Positions 39,591 to 51,953 of a stretch of DNA of 64,000 bases are shown piece after piece. Source of the DNA: the human T2T-CHM13v2.0 reference genome, Homo sapiens; the NCBI RefSeq assembly GCF_009914755.1, contig NC_060937.1, one strand, 5' to 3'. How positions within the stretch are numbered: position 1 is the stretch's first letter; each line of letters starts with the position of its first letter. The position numbers and the translations under genes were made by a program. The notes under the pieces are model-generated. The model had not been told where the DNA came from. It saw nothing but the letters and a program-made list of their open reading frames with translations, and made no database searches.

Positions 39591-39599
39591 CTATCAGCT

Positions 39600-40144
39600 T
39601 GTATTAGGGTTCTCTAGAGGAACAGAACTAATAAGATAGATGTATATATGAAGGGGAGCTTATTAAGGAGTATTGACTCACATGATCACAAGGTGAAGTC
39701 CCGCAATAGGCCGTCTGCAAGTTGAGGAGCAAGGAAGCCAGTTGAAGTCCCAAAACCTCAAAAGTAGGGAAGCTGACAGTGCAGCCTTCAGTCTGTGGCC
39801 AAAGGCCTGAAAGCCCCTCAGAAACCACTGGTGTGACTCCAAGAGTCCAAATGCTGAAGAACCTAAAGTCTGATATTTGAGGGCAAGGAGCATCTAGCAC
39901 AGGAGAAAGATGGAGGCTGGAAGACTCAGCAATTCTGCTCTCTCCAACTTCTTCTGCCTGCTTTATACTAGCCAGGCTGGCAGCTGATTAGATGGTGCCC
40001 ACCCAGATTGAGGATGGGTCTGTCTCTCTGAGTCCACTGACTCAAATGTTAATCTCCTTTGGCAACACCCTCGCGGACACACCCAGGAATAATACTTTGC
40101 ATCCTTCAATCCAATCAAGTTGACACTCAGTATTAACCATCACA
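39600..40144 (-). mobile_element. MLT2A2-type solo LTR (ERVL)
   Basis: tgtattagggttctctagag ... cctcaaaagtagggaagctgacagtgcagccttc ... caagttgacactcagtattaaccatcaca. TSD cagct / tagct. Confidence 0.92.
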
Positions 40145-40761
40145 TAGCTCTTTTAATCTCCTCTTCTGTGAATTGTCAACTCCTGACCTTCAAACACTTT
40201 CCTGTTGATGATCTGGAAGTTTTCTTACTAATTATATGTATCGATGTAACGTACTAATGGTGATAAAATGAACAGCTTGGGGCAAAATTTAGGGATAGAT
40301 AAACCTCAAGCTTGTTATAATCAGTATGATCCCTGCCTTTCTCTCTTCCTTTAGTTCTTTTGGAAAATGGTCACCATCATTTGGTATAATCTATCATTTC
40401 TTAATATATTTCTAAGGCATCTAGGTGATATATTACATTCTCTCCCTTTTTCTTAGAGTTTTTTTTAGTGACAGCTTATGATTGGGGCAAATTTAGAGTT
40501 GAAGTGTTTCAATGTGTCTTTACATGATATGTAGGACTTAGATGCTATTAATGTTCTCACCTTTGATTTATGGATCCTGGATCTTGGACATATTGAATTG
40601 TAGAAAATTTCCCAGAAAGCAACATAGTGAGAATATCCAGATCAAAATAGAATTTTCAAGAGCTGATGTTACATGCTGCTCACGATGGCAATGAAAGTAC
40701 AGTTGAACCAAGAAGTCATGGATTTAGTTGTAATGTGGATGGTAGTTCGTTTCATCTAAAC

Positions 40762-40919
40762 CAGTGGTTCTCAGACTTTAGCACACAACAGCATTGCCTA
40801 GAGGGGCTGTTAAACACAGGAGCGGGTCCCCACCCTGGAGTTTTTGTTTCTGTATAGGTCTGGTGTGGATACCGTGATGCTGATGCTTTTGGTCTGGGGA
40901 CAACACCTTGAGACCACTG
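40762..40919. mobile_element. MER5A (hAT-Charlie MITE)
   Basis: TIRs cagtggttctca / tgagaccactg; 8-bp TSD atctaaac / atctaagc. Confidence 0.9.
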
Positions 40920-41499
40920 ATCTAAGCCATCTGGGGGCTGAGTGTGAGACAAGATATTACCTTTTTCCATGGTGTAGACTCATATCATGAGATGTGTAAA
41001 TTCTAAAATCTTGCGAACAGGAGACCAAAATTACTGTCACAGTGTGGGGGTCCAACAAAGATATAATGTTACCTCCAGGGGGTGCCATTTCCTTGTGAAT
41101 GACTGCCTTAGAAGTTGTGTATAAGGTACATGACCATACAGAGGCCCTGAAGTCTGGTAGTGGAAATACATTTTCCTTTGTGATATCTGATGTTACTTTT
41201 AAACATGGAAAGTCCTCCTCCCTTTCCTCTAAGAGTCTCCTACCTGCAATCTAAAGATCAAATTTATAGTCACCTACGTTTGCTTTTTTTAATGAATTCT
41301 TTTTAACACCTTCATTATAAAGTCAAATTCTGTTCATGTATTCTGTGAGGTGATGATTAAAACAGCATATTATTTTCCTAAGTGACAATTTTCTCCATAC
41401 TTTTTGAATATACATTTGTTTTTCATTCACTGATGGTGGAATCTTTCTCGTATGTTGTGTGTGTGTGTTTGTATTCTGAGACTATTTATATTGCCTTTG

Positions 41500-41950
41500 T
41501 TGTGCTAGTTCATTAATTCTACAAATGCTTACTATGTTCCAAGCACTGCAGAGATATCAGTATGAATGAAACAGTCATGAATAAAACACATGTGGACTCT
41601 GCCAGCATGAAATTTACCATCTCAATAGTCTGTTCCATTGTTCATCTGTCTATTCTAGCTCAAGCATCACATTAGTTTTAATTGTCGTAGCTAAAGAACA
41701 CATTTTAATCTGCTGTAGAGAAATTATTCCTTAATGCCATTAAAAAAGTTAGTAATTTTTGTCTATTTATTCTTCTTAATATACCTTGGAATAATTTTTT
41801 CAGAAATTCAAAAAGGGGAAGAAAACTCTTTGTGACTTTCATTGGAATTGTCTTGCAGTATATTTTGGGAAGAATTGATATCTTTTATAAAACAGTTTTC
41901 CCTCCCAAACCATTTTTGTATGCCTTTATTTATTGGGATCTTCTTTCATA
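41500..41950 (-). mobile_element. Old L2 and L1 fragments
   Basis: tactatgttccaagcactgc (L2 end); ctgttccattgttcatctgtctattct and ttttggggaagaattgatatctttta-like segments (L1 ORF2 antisense). Confidence 0.5.
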
Positions 41951-43556
41951 TCTCTGTATTATAAAATAACATGCAAGTACTAAAATGTGTTAGTCTGCTG
42001 AATTTTTTGGAATGCTTTTTATCAGCAATATGAGAAATTCCATGAAACTGTAGAACTGGGCCCACAAGGAAGGAATGAGGCTTGAGGTTATCAAACAGAG
42101 AAGGGAAAGTACAGAGAAAGAATTACTCTAAAGCAAAAACAGTAGGAAAATTTTTATGTTATCAAGATAGTCATGTAAAATAATGCATGGTCCACATGCA
42201 TAAACCACATCCAATGCTAGTCTATGTATTTTTTCTTGAAATGTCTGTTTCTCTTGCAAAGTATATTGCCATATAAGTTTTAAACAGTGAGGACATCAGT
42301 CTCTGAGCAATATTCCTGACATTGTGACAACAACGACTGGCTTTTGCTGTACATGTTTGCAAACATTGGTTGAGACTTGTAGGCTGACAGCCTAAATGGA
42401 CAATATGTCCATAATCTGCATGCCAACTGGCACATGCTGATAACATCTGACAGGCCACTCTTGTCAAAGCTTTTGAACACCTAATAAATACAATTATACC
42501 CCCTTTACCCTTTGAAAAATCTGAGATACTGGTTTTTCCCTTTGAGTTACAGATGGTGATATCATAAGAGCTTTGAGACAGCTGCTCAGCCTCATTGATG
42601 CAAATGCTTATGGCAAACAATACATTCTTCAGATCTGTGGTCGTCTTTCTTTTTTCTTTTCCTGCTTGCTAATGCCGAGCTGATGATGCAGAATATGGAC
42701 CTCAGTTGCAATTTTAGTATTAGAGGTCAGAAAACACATAGAGATCTGGGTGAACAAAGAATGTGCAATAACCACATTTTACCTGTCCTACATTGTTTGG
42801 GAATGAGCTCCTATTGTGTTAAAATGAACTGCTGGTCAGTGCTGTGGAAACAATTTATCCCAAGAACTTATTATTGGCTTAGTGATTGTTTTTTGTTATC
42901 ATGGGTTCTATAGCCACTGCTATGATTGGGTTAGATGCTCATTTCCTTTAACTGTGATGTTTTAAGAAACCCTAGCTTAGGTGAATATAATTGTTACCAT
43001 TTATAATAGTAGGTTAGATTCTCATCTTCTCTGTCTCCGTGTAACAAAGATAATAAATCGAGATGATAAAATTTAATAATGTACAAAGTATTTCATTGTT
43101 AGTGATGCATTTTCAAATGATGACCTGTGAAATTGAAAATAAGAAGGGAGAAACTTTTTTTCCCCTCTCCTATTAAGGATCACTGACCGGCTTGGAAAAA
43201 AAAAATCCCAAGTCATGTAAAAGGAAAATAATTTGTTTGCATTTATATTTTTATTAAGAGAGAGAAATATAAACAACTAAAGATATTCTTTTAAAGTTAA
43301 AATTTGGGGTTTTAAAGTTTCATTGGCTAACTACGTTAAATTAAGAGAAATATGTAATTTAATGTGAGAGTAACAGGAGACTGCAGGATTGGGGGAGGGA
43401 GATGAATGGTATGGGGGAGGGCGAGACTGGCAGACAGAGACTGCAGGGAAACTAGAGGAGAGAGGAGAAGGTGGTGGGGAAAAAAAGGGAAATGAAAGAA
43501 AGGAAAGAGAAATTAAATGTTTAATAATAGAGCCAAAGGACAAAGAAAAGAGCATG

Positions 43557-43830
43557 TAGGAGGATGGCGTGAGCTCAGGAGTTTGAGCTTGAGCTCAGGA
43601 GTATGTCAGCCTGGGCAACATAGCAAGACTTCATCTCTACTAAAAGAAAAAAAAAAAATCTGGGTGCAATGGTGAGCACTTACAGTTCCAGCTACTTGGG
43701 AGTCTGAGGTGGGAGGATGGCTTGATTCTTGGAGGTTGAGTCTGCAGTGAGATGAGATTGTGCCACTGCACTCCAGCCTGGGTGACAAAGTGAGACCCTG
43801 TCTCAAAAATGAAAACAAAAACAAAAAACA
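43557..43830 (+). mobile_element. 5'-truncated AluJ
   Basis: ggaggatggcgtgagctcaggagtttgag (partly duplicated) ... gaggtgggaggatggcttga ... A-rich tail. Confidence 0.9.
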
Positions 43831-45854
43831 ATAATTGATAGAAGGAAGGTGATAAGGGCACATGATGAGACAGTAAGAGGGAGAAGGAAGCAACTGCAAC
43901 TGGAACTAAAAAGAGAAATGCTTAGAGGGCTTTCCAAGCTCTGAGATGACTGTGTGTCTTGGCTTGGGTTCCTATCTTGTTTCCCTGGATGTCCGAATCA
44001 GTTACTACCAGATCCTCTGACAGCCCAGCCTGGGAGTCTCTTCTTTCTATAGCTGGTGTCCCAGATTCCCAGTTGCTTATTACTATAACCTTGGTCTTTA
44101 TGGTCAATGCTGACCCCACCTGGACTCGGCAGCCACCAGTCTTGCCTCTTGCCTAGCCCTGATTTTGTGTTTCATTTTCTGTCATTGGGTCTATCTGGTT
44201 TTTGTTTTGTTTTGTTTTCCTATGCCAAGCATCTGTCTTTGGTAATCTCCCTACTACTTTTTTCTTTCTAAATGCAAGGTATTCCCTTTCTCCTATAAGC
44301 GTCTCTTCTGAGCCTGGGAACCTTTGACTGCAGCCCAAGCCCCATGTCCTATATCCAGTGCTCTCATGATGGGAACCATCAGCCTGGATGGCCGAATCCC
44401 CCCATTCCTGATGGTCTGCTCACATTGTGATGCACCCTGCTGAACCTGTCATGAAGACTGCCTGAAACTCTACATTATGGATATTTTGGCTGACTTCCTT
44501 GTTTGGAAAGTCTTATTTGGTTACCAGATAACTGGATCATGTCAAGGTCCAAAAATATGTCAATTTTTCCTTTGAAATGTTATAATATATTATTTTCTGC
44601 CTTGAGATTTTTTTTTTCAAATGTCAAGGGGGCAGGGACAATGTTTTAAATAAACTTTCCATTGAGATTCTGGAAATGATTATGAGGAAACAACTGAGGT
44701 TTTAGAAATGTAACTGGAAAATGTAAAAATGCCATCAACTTCCTAGTTATTCCCAAAAGTCTCTTTGACATTGAAATGATGCCAAAAATATATCATGTTT
44801 GTTCTTTGAGAAATTAGAGCTCTCTCATTCCATAATGCAAAAAAGTTGTACTTGCAAATAATATCCCAAGCTGCTTGCTAGAGATTGGATGAAATTAAAT
44901 AGCTGCTGATCTGAAGTCATTTCATGTCTGACTTGTGAGTACAAGTGTTGGGCACAATTGAAGTTTTCTTTCTAATTAAAAATTAGGCTTTTTTTCTTTC
45001 ATAATCAACTTACTGTCTGTAGTGGTTCACATAATTGCTGGTAGCAGCACTTTCCATTGATCCTAATTTATGGAAGGTTGTAAGATGAGAGAACTTAGAT
45101 TTTCACCATAATTCACCTTTAAATAAAAAAGAGGTAATATAAAACCTTGTTTGGTTTGTTTCTGAAACTTTTGTTCCTTTGCTCATCCTGTCACTCATGA
45201 GCATGTTCTGATTGACTTTGTGGGAAGAGGACACAGCATTAGCATTTCACCTGGTCTGTTAGGAACAAACAAAAAAACCAACCAATCAACAATGTCTTAA
45301 GAATACTTGACAAAACTTAAATCTATGGCTGAATCTACATAATTATGTTAGAATGACCTGGTAGGGGAAAATGTGCTGGGCCTAAAGTGTTGTTTCACAG
45401 CTCAAGCTGCTGCATGAACAGCATGGGCAGGTCCCCTGAATGACATGCTGGGAGCTATGTATGGCTCCGGGTCCACTGAGCTGGTCTCATCTTCCCCTTA
45501 TGAGAGCGATGGTATGACAGGTGCAGTGTGTGCACTTGTATGGGATGACGGGTTGGGGTGACTGCAGGTGAAGGAGGCAGGAAGAAGCAGAAAGCCTTGG
45601 TCTTATGCATACTGCCCCCAAGGTGTGGAAGCCACGGGTGGTCATTATTATGAAATCTGGGAAGTGTAATCACTGGGCAGATCATAATAACAGGTAACCC
45701 AGGTGGCAGGTGAGGGTTACTATCAGGTGGGCACAGTGGCTTTGGGAGACAAGACCGTTAACCCCTAGATTGGACTTAGAGGAGATCCTAGGGGTGGATT
45801 TGTATGGAGTAATTTTCCTAGACTAAATTACTATTTAGTTATAACCATGGATGC

Positions 45855-46305
45855 TATTATGGGTTGAATTTTGTACCCCCCAAAATACATAAAAGTTGCA
45901 AACCCCAGTACCTGTGAATGTGACTTTATCTGGAAATAAGGTCCTTGAAGATGAAATTAGTTAAGGTGAGGCTATTAGGATAGGACCTAATCCAATATGA
46001 CTGAAAAAAGGGGAAAATTTGTCCATAGAGTTGGAAGCACACACAGGGAAAACAGCACGTGAGGATAAAAGCAGAGACTGGGGTGATGCATCTGCAAGCC
46101 CCAAAGAATATAAAAGATTGCTAGCAAATTACCAGAAGCCAGGAGAGAGCCCTGGAACAGATTTCCCCTCAAAGTCCTTAAAAGGAAGCAATCCTGCCGA
46201 CATCTTGATCTCGGACTTCCTTCAGAACTGTGAGGCAGTAAACTTCAGTTATTGTGAGCCATTCAATTTCTGGTACAGTTATGGCACCCATAAAGAATGA
46301 ATACA
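45855..46305 (+). mobile_element. MLT1C-type MaLR solo LTR
   Basis: tattatgggttgaattttgtacccccc ... ccagtacctgtgaatgtgac ... gaatgaataca. TSD gatgc / ggtgc. Confidence 0.88.
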
Positions 46306-46384
46306 GGTGCTAGAGGATTGGAGGTTTGGTTAACAGAAAATATTAGTACTAGAAGAAACCCTAGAAATTGTATAATTGACATAG

Positions 46385-46915
46385 GAAACACTACTGTACT
46401 GTATACTTAAAATTTCCTAAGAGATAGATCCTAAATGTTCTCACCACAAAAAATCAAGAGCAGCAGCAAAACTATGTGATGACTATGTTAATTATCTTGA
46501 TTGTGATGATAACTTCATGGTGTATATGTATACTAAATCATCAGGTTGTACATCTTAAATACAGTCATGTACCATGTAATGTTTCAGATACGCGAGGGAT
46601 CAGATATGTGAGAGTCGCCCCATAAGATTACAATACCATATGTTCACCTTACCTTTTCTATGTTCAGATATGTTTAGATATACAAATACTTACCATTCTG
46701 TTACAATTGCCGATAACATTCAGTACAGTGACATGCTGTACAGGCTTGTAGCCTAGGAGCAAAAGGTTAGGTGTGTAGTAAGCTATACCATCTAGGTTTA
46801 TGTAAGTACACTCTACAATGTTTGTAAAATGATGAAATAGCCTAATATTGCATTTCTCAGAATGTATCTCTGTCATTAAGAGATGCATGACTTATATATA
46901 CAATTTTTTAAAAAA
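46385..46915 (+). mobile_element. L1MA/L1MB 3' UTR fragment interrupted by Tigger3a
   Basis: tactgtactgtatacttaaaatttcctaagagatagatcctaaatgttctcaccac ... ttgtacatcttaaata, resuming tatatacaattttt. Confidence 0.75.
46562..46893. mobile_element. Tigger3a (MER7A) DNA transposon
   Basis: TIRs cagtcatg ... catgact at a TA site; internal cagtacagtgacatgctgtacaggcttgtagcctaggagcaa. Confidence 0.9.
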
Positions 46916-46924
46916 TTGTGTAGT

Positions 46925-47065
46925 TGAGACCTCTTATATTACCAATGAATTACTGAGGCCTAGAAAGGTCAAATGAATTAATTGCTTGAGGTCACCTAGC
47001 TAGCATGTGGCAAGTCTGAGACTAAAGCCTCTGTCTTTTGACTCTTGGTCTGTGCTTTTCCTGTA
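46925..47065 (-). mobile_element. MIR fragment
   Basis: actgaggcctagaaaggtcaaatgaa ... ttgcttgaggtcacctagctag. Confidence 0.75.
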
Positions 47066-47656
47066 CTTTTTTGCTCCTGTGCACAATTACCATGTAGCAT
47101 GCGCATAGAAACACAGATTAGAAATACACAGAAGATAATCACATAACTTAGAAATGAGTTTTGAAAAGGTGTAGCCGGACTCCTTATCTAAAATTAATCT
47201 AACTGAAATTGTATTTTAGATTAACTTTGCTACTTGAAAAATGCTAAGTGGCTGCCTGAGAGCAATGAAATTTCTTCCTCTAATGTGCTCCTCAGGGCAG
47301 GTAGCCCTTATCATTGTTTTCCAAACCACTAGCCATTAACATTTGTGGGGTGCCTGTGGAGTATCTGGCTCTCCTAGTGTCTCAGCTCTCTGTACAGTCA
47401 GAGGGGTGGCAGCTTTCTGCCCTTGGTCACAAGACAATGCCCCATTGTGCTTGCTTATCCAGAAGATCAATCAGGAAGAGAAGCACGCCATGGGCTGAAC
47501 TGCAGTTTCTGTTACCTGACTTAGTTTAGATGTATTTCTCCTCTCCCTCAAATCCCTCCCACTAAGTCCAAGGATGTTTGCAAATGTCCTAAGGAATATT
47601 CTAGTAGCTAGGATCTGGCATTTTCACAGCCACAGCTCAAGATAAAGTCCAACTGC

Positions 47657-47687
<31 letters not shown>

Positions 47688-47819
47688 GAGTTGAAAATGA
47701 AAATGACTTCAAAGCAATGAAATATAAAGTAATTGCAAGTTTGCAAATTAACTATGTTGGCATATTCTTCACTTCCTCAAGGAAATATGCTCTATCCCGT
47801 TTTTAAAAATCATAAATAT

Positions 47820-48720
47820 ATTTTTTAACTTTTTATTGGAGTTTGACACACATTCAGAAAAGTATAAAAATCATAATAATCAACCGGATAATTTTTCACA
47901 AAGTAAAAACCATGAAGAAGCAACAGATTAAGAAGCATATCATCATTTCCCAGGGATAACCACCATTCTGATTTTTAACACTATGGTGTTAAAAATCCAT
48001 TTATTTGGTCTGTTTTGGAAACTTATACAAGTGGAATCATACAGTATGTACTATTTTGCTTCTGTTTTTCTCAACATTGTGTCATATATTTGTGATTTCT
48101 TCATTCTCATTGCTAAATAATATGCCATTGTATGAATATATCACAATTCACTACATTTCAGTTTTTTTTTGCTATTACAATCAGTGCTACTATCAACATT
48201 TTTGTACATATCCTTTGGTGGACAAATGTATGCATTTCTGTTGAGTGCTTCTGAAGAGTGGAAAGCTGGGTCATTGGGGATGCATGTGTTCAACTCTGGT
48301 AGCTACAACAAAACAGTTTTCCAAAGTGATTATACAAATTTACACTCCAACTGGCAGTGTAATAAGCTCTTCAATCTTTCAGGTTTTTGCCAACAATTGG
48401 GATTTTTCAGTTAGTTTCTTTTTAACCACTCTGGTGTGTGTGTAGTGGTATCATATTAATGGTTTTGATATGCTAATTATAATGATGATTAATAAAATTG
48501 AGCATCTTCTCATGTATGTATTGATTCTGTAGATCCTCAACATGAAGGGCATGCTAAGGTGTTTTGCCTATTTTTCTGTAGGGATTTTACCATTATAATA
48601 TTAATTTGTAGTTTTAAAATATATGAATATATATTTTGTGGCTTGTTTTTTCACTTGGTTAATCACATATTTTGATGAACAAATATTTTTAATTTAAATA
48701 TAGTCCAATTTATCCATCCC
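47820..48720 (-). mobile_element. Old L1MD/L1ME 3' fragment
   Basis: aagtggaatcatacagtatgtac, aaacagttttccaaagtgattatacaaatttacactcc, ttgagcatcttctcatgt. Confidence 0.8.
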
Positions 48721-49333
48721 ACCTGAGTCTGTGCTAATGAGATGACTCAAGGTAGAAAGACCAAGTTGACATGAGAGTTGGAACTTTCAGGCCCTTCCAC
48801 CACCCTCTGGGAAGAGTGGAGGGGAGGGAGCTGGAGATTGGGCTCAGTAAAAACTCTTGACAGTGAGGCTCAGAGAGCTTCCAGGTGGGTGAACACACCA
48901 AGGTGCTCGGAAGGTGGTGCACCCAAGAGGGTAAGGAGGCTCTCTCTGTGTGACTCCCTCGCTCTGTATCTTGCCATGTGCATTGCTTCCATTTGGTTCT
49001 TCCTGCATTGTATCCTTTATAATAAACCAGTAAATGTAAGTTTAAAAGTGTAAATAAGTAAGTTCTGTGAGCAGCTCTAGCAAAGTATTAAACCCGAGGA
49101 GGGGTGGTGGAAACACTTGCTTTACAGCTGATTCATCAGAAGTACAGGTGGCTCAGGGCTTGAAACTGGTGTCGGAAGCGGGAACAGTCTTGTCCTGTCG
49201 AGCTCCTTACTTTATGGAGTCTGTACTAACTCTGGGTAGATAGTGTCAGAATTGGATTGAAGTTTTGGACACCCAGCTAGTATCTAGAGAATCAGAGAAT
49301 AGGTTGTTGGTGTCAGAGAAAACACCCCAGAGA
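48721..49333 (+). mobile_element. MER21 (B/C-type) LTR
   Basis: gctaatgagatgactca ... gagagcttccaggtgggtgaacac ... tcctttataataaaccagtaaatgtaag ... gatagtgtcagaattg ... ggacacccagct. Confidence 0.88.
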
Positions 49334-49339
49334 ACCAAA

Positions 49340-51720
49340 TTGTCATAATTTTCTCTTGTCTTTTTAATATTTGTAAGATCTGAGAGGGTGCTTCTTTTGT
49401 ATATTTCTGTTATCAGCAATTTATGTTCACTCTATTTTTTTCTGATCCATCTTCGTAAAAGTTTATCCATTTTATTAATACTTTGATAAAAAACTTTCAT
49501 GTTACTGATTTTCTGTATTGAATAACTGGATTTTATTCCATTAATTTTTATTCCTAATTTATTGTTTTCTTCCTACTGCCTTACTTTTTATTATGGGGGA
49601 GAGTTAATTTGTTGAATTTTTATCTAAATTCCTAAATTGAATTCTTACATCATTAATTTTGAACCTTTCTTCTGTTTTAATATGTTAATCAAATGTTATA
49701 ATTTTTTTTCTAAGTATGACTTCAGCTGCCCTCCACAAATTTTATTATATCTGATATTTACTATCAGGTTCAAAAATTATTTGTTTTTTCATTGCAACTT
49801 ATTCTTGATCCATGGAACAATTTAAGATTATGTTGCCTCATTGCCAGACACATGGGGATGATTTCATCAGAGAATATTCTCTGGATAGTTTTGGTTCTTC
49901 AAAAATTTGCTTTATAGCCCAGCATGTTGCTAATTTTGGTAAATGTTACATGTGCGTGTGAAAAGCATGCATATTCTCCAGTTGATGTGCATAGTAGTCT
50001 GTATATACCAAGTGTGTCAAGTATGTTCATCATGCTGTTGTCATAGCCATTATCTTACTATAATGTTTCTGTTGAAGTCATCAAATATTTTTATGTTTTT
50101 ATTTCAATTTCTATTACCTTGTCTGTCATATCTTATTTTATTGTTATTTAATGCTTACCCTGACTTACCGTAGTCTAATAAAATTACTTTCATCAATTCT
50201 CTGATCATGCTGAAACCTTACAATAGTTTAGAAACCTTATAATAGTTTAGAAACCTTACAATAGTTTAACCCCATTCATCTACATTCTGCCTCTCACATT
50301 ATTGCCATCATATATTTTTATTACGTTATGAACTCTGTAGCACGTTACTATTATTGTTTTGTATAGCCAACTTTAATTTATATTTATCCACATATTTACA
50401 ACTTTCTGCTGAGACAGCCAAATGCCTGGGCAGATAAAAATGGGTCCCCAGAGAATCTCCGACCCAACCCACAAGTGTTTACATCAGATGCTTTTGTGCA
50501 GATGAGGAAACCTGCCCAGGGTTTTGTCAGGGCATGCCCACAGTGGATGGGAGCTGGACATGCGTACTGAGGGAAGTGGATGGAGCTATGGGGAATTCCT
50601 GCCTTAAGCAGGGGAGGAGGCTGTTCTCTTCAGCAGGGGTAGTAACCTGGGAATCAGTCTGTGAGGAGGCGGGCCTGTTAGCAGGACTCCGTCTCACTTT
50701 CCTGAGAGATTTTTTTTTTTTCCTTTTTGCCCAATACATTCCTCTCTAATCACCCTTCAATGTGTCTGCGCACCTAATCCTTTCTGGTCATATGACAAGA
50801 ACCTGGTTTTTTCTACAACACTGCCACCCTTTATTCCTTCTTGCATTTTGTGTTTCTGTTTAGGAATATTCTCCTTTAGCCTAAGGAATTTCCTTTAGTA
50901 ATTATTTTAGGAAAGTCTGATGGTGGTGAATTTTCTTAATTTGTATTTGTCTGCAGCATATTCATTTTACCTTTGTTTCTGAAGGTTATTTTCAATTGCT
51001 ATATTATTCTAGTTTGGCACTTTGTTTTTGGCACCATAAATATATACTTTTATTGTCTTTTAACTGCCATTGTTTCTGTCAATAAACCAGCCCAATCTTG
51101 TTTTCTTTCTTCGAAGCTGCCTGTTTTCTTTGGCTATCTTTAAGATTTTTCTATCTTTGGTGTTTAACAGTTTGCAATTATGTGACTAAGTGTAGATTTA
51201 AGGTTTTTTTTTTCTTCTTAGTGTTTATGAAACTTCTTGAATGTATGGGTTGAGAGCCTCCATCCGATTTTGAAGATTATAGGCAAACATCTCTTCAATA
51301 TTGCTTCCACCTCATTCTTTGTGTTATCAATTGAGGACACTGATCATGTGTATTTTAGAATTTTTAAATATCTCCCATACATAACTTATGTTGTTTTATA
51401 CATTTTAAAATGTTTTTATCCTTTAATTTGCATATTTTCTATCTTCCTGTTCAGTAATATCATTTGTTCAGGGGAGCCCAATCTAATGATCTGTTGAATT
51501 GACAATTTTAGATAAAATTTCTATTTGATTTTTAAAATATTGTCTACTTTTTCTCTAAAATTCTCTTATCTTTTTTTGTACATTAATTATAGCTGTTTTA
51601 AAGTGTGTGTTTGATAAATCTAATGCCTGCATCACTTGTTGGTTTGTTTCTGTATCCTATTTTATATTCTTAATAATGCTTCTTGGTATGCATTGTAATT
51701 TTTTTGCCTTTTATTTTTGT
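49340..51720 (-). mobile_element. Highly diverged L1M/HAL1-type body fragments, interrupted by an LTR
   Basis: T-rich antisense L1 character, e.g. aagtttatccattttattaat, gtctgatggtggtgaattttcttaatttgtatttgtctg. Confidence 0.6.
50410..50820 (+). mobile_element. MER61-type ERV1 solo LTR
   Basis: tgagacagccaaatgcctgggcagataaaaatgggtccccagagaatctcc ... ttttctacaaca. Perfect 4-bp TSD ctgc / ctgc. Confidence 0.88.
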
Positions 51721-51775
51721 TTTTTAGTAACTAATATTAGCAACAATAATGACTAATGGCCTGAAGACTGAAGGT

Positions 51776-51953
51776 ATTATTTTATTTTATTAATTTTTAT
51801 TTTTAATTCTTACGAGTACATAATGGTTGTCTATATTTACGGGGTACATGCGATGCTTTGATACAGGCATACAATGTATAATAATCAAATCAGGGTAATT
51901 GGGGTATCCATTGCCTCAAGCCTTTATCATTTCTTTGTGTTAGGAACATTCCA
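51776..51953 (-). mobile_element. L1MA3/L1MA4-type 3' end
   Basis: ggggtacatgcgatgctttgatacaggcatacaatg ... aatcaaatcagggtaattggggtatcc with T-rich tail. Confidence 0.85.

Noticed and set aside
42222-42620. 132-aa minus-strand ORF in unique sequence
   Set aside because: Non-ATG start, no recognisable domain, no convincing splice sites; length compatible with chance.
43960-45790. GC-richer patches (~43960-44480 and ~45380-45790) as possible exons or LTRs
   Set aside because: No recognisable protein similarity or clear LTR termini; could not assign, probably old LTR remnants.
47657-47682. Orphan poly(A) run (also T-runs at ~31647 and ~60513, A-run at ~62800) as processed-pseudogene tails
   Set aside because: No adjacent poly(A) signal plus TSD pair and no recognisable mRNA body.
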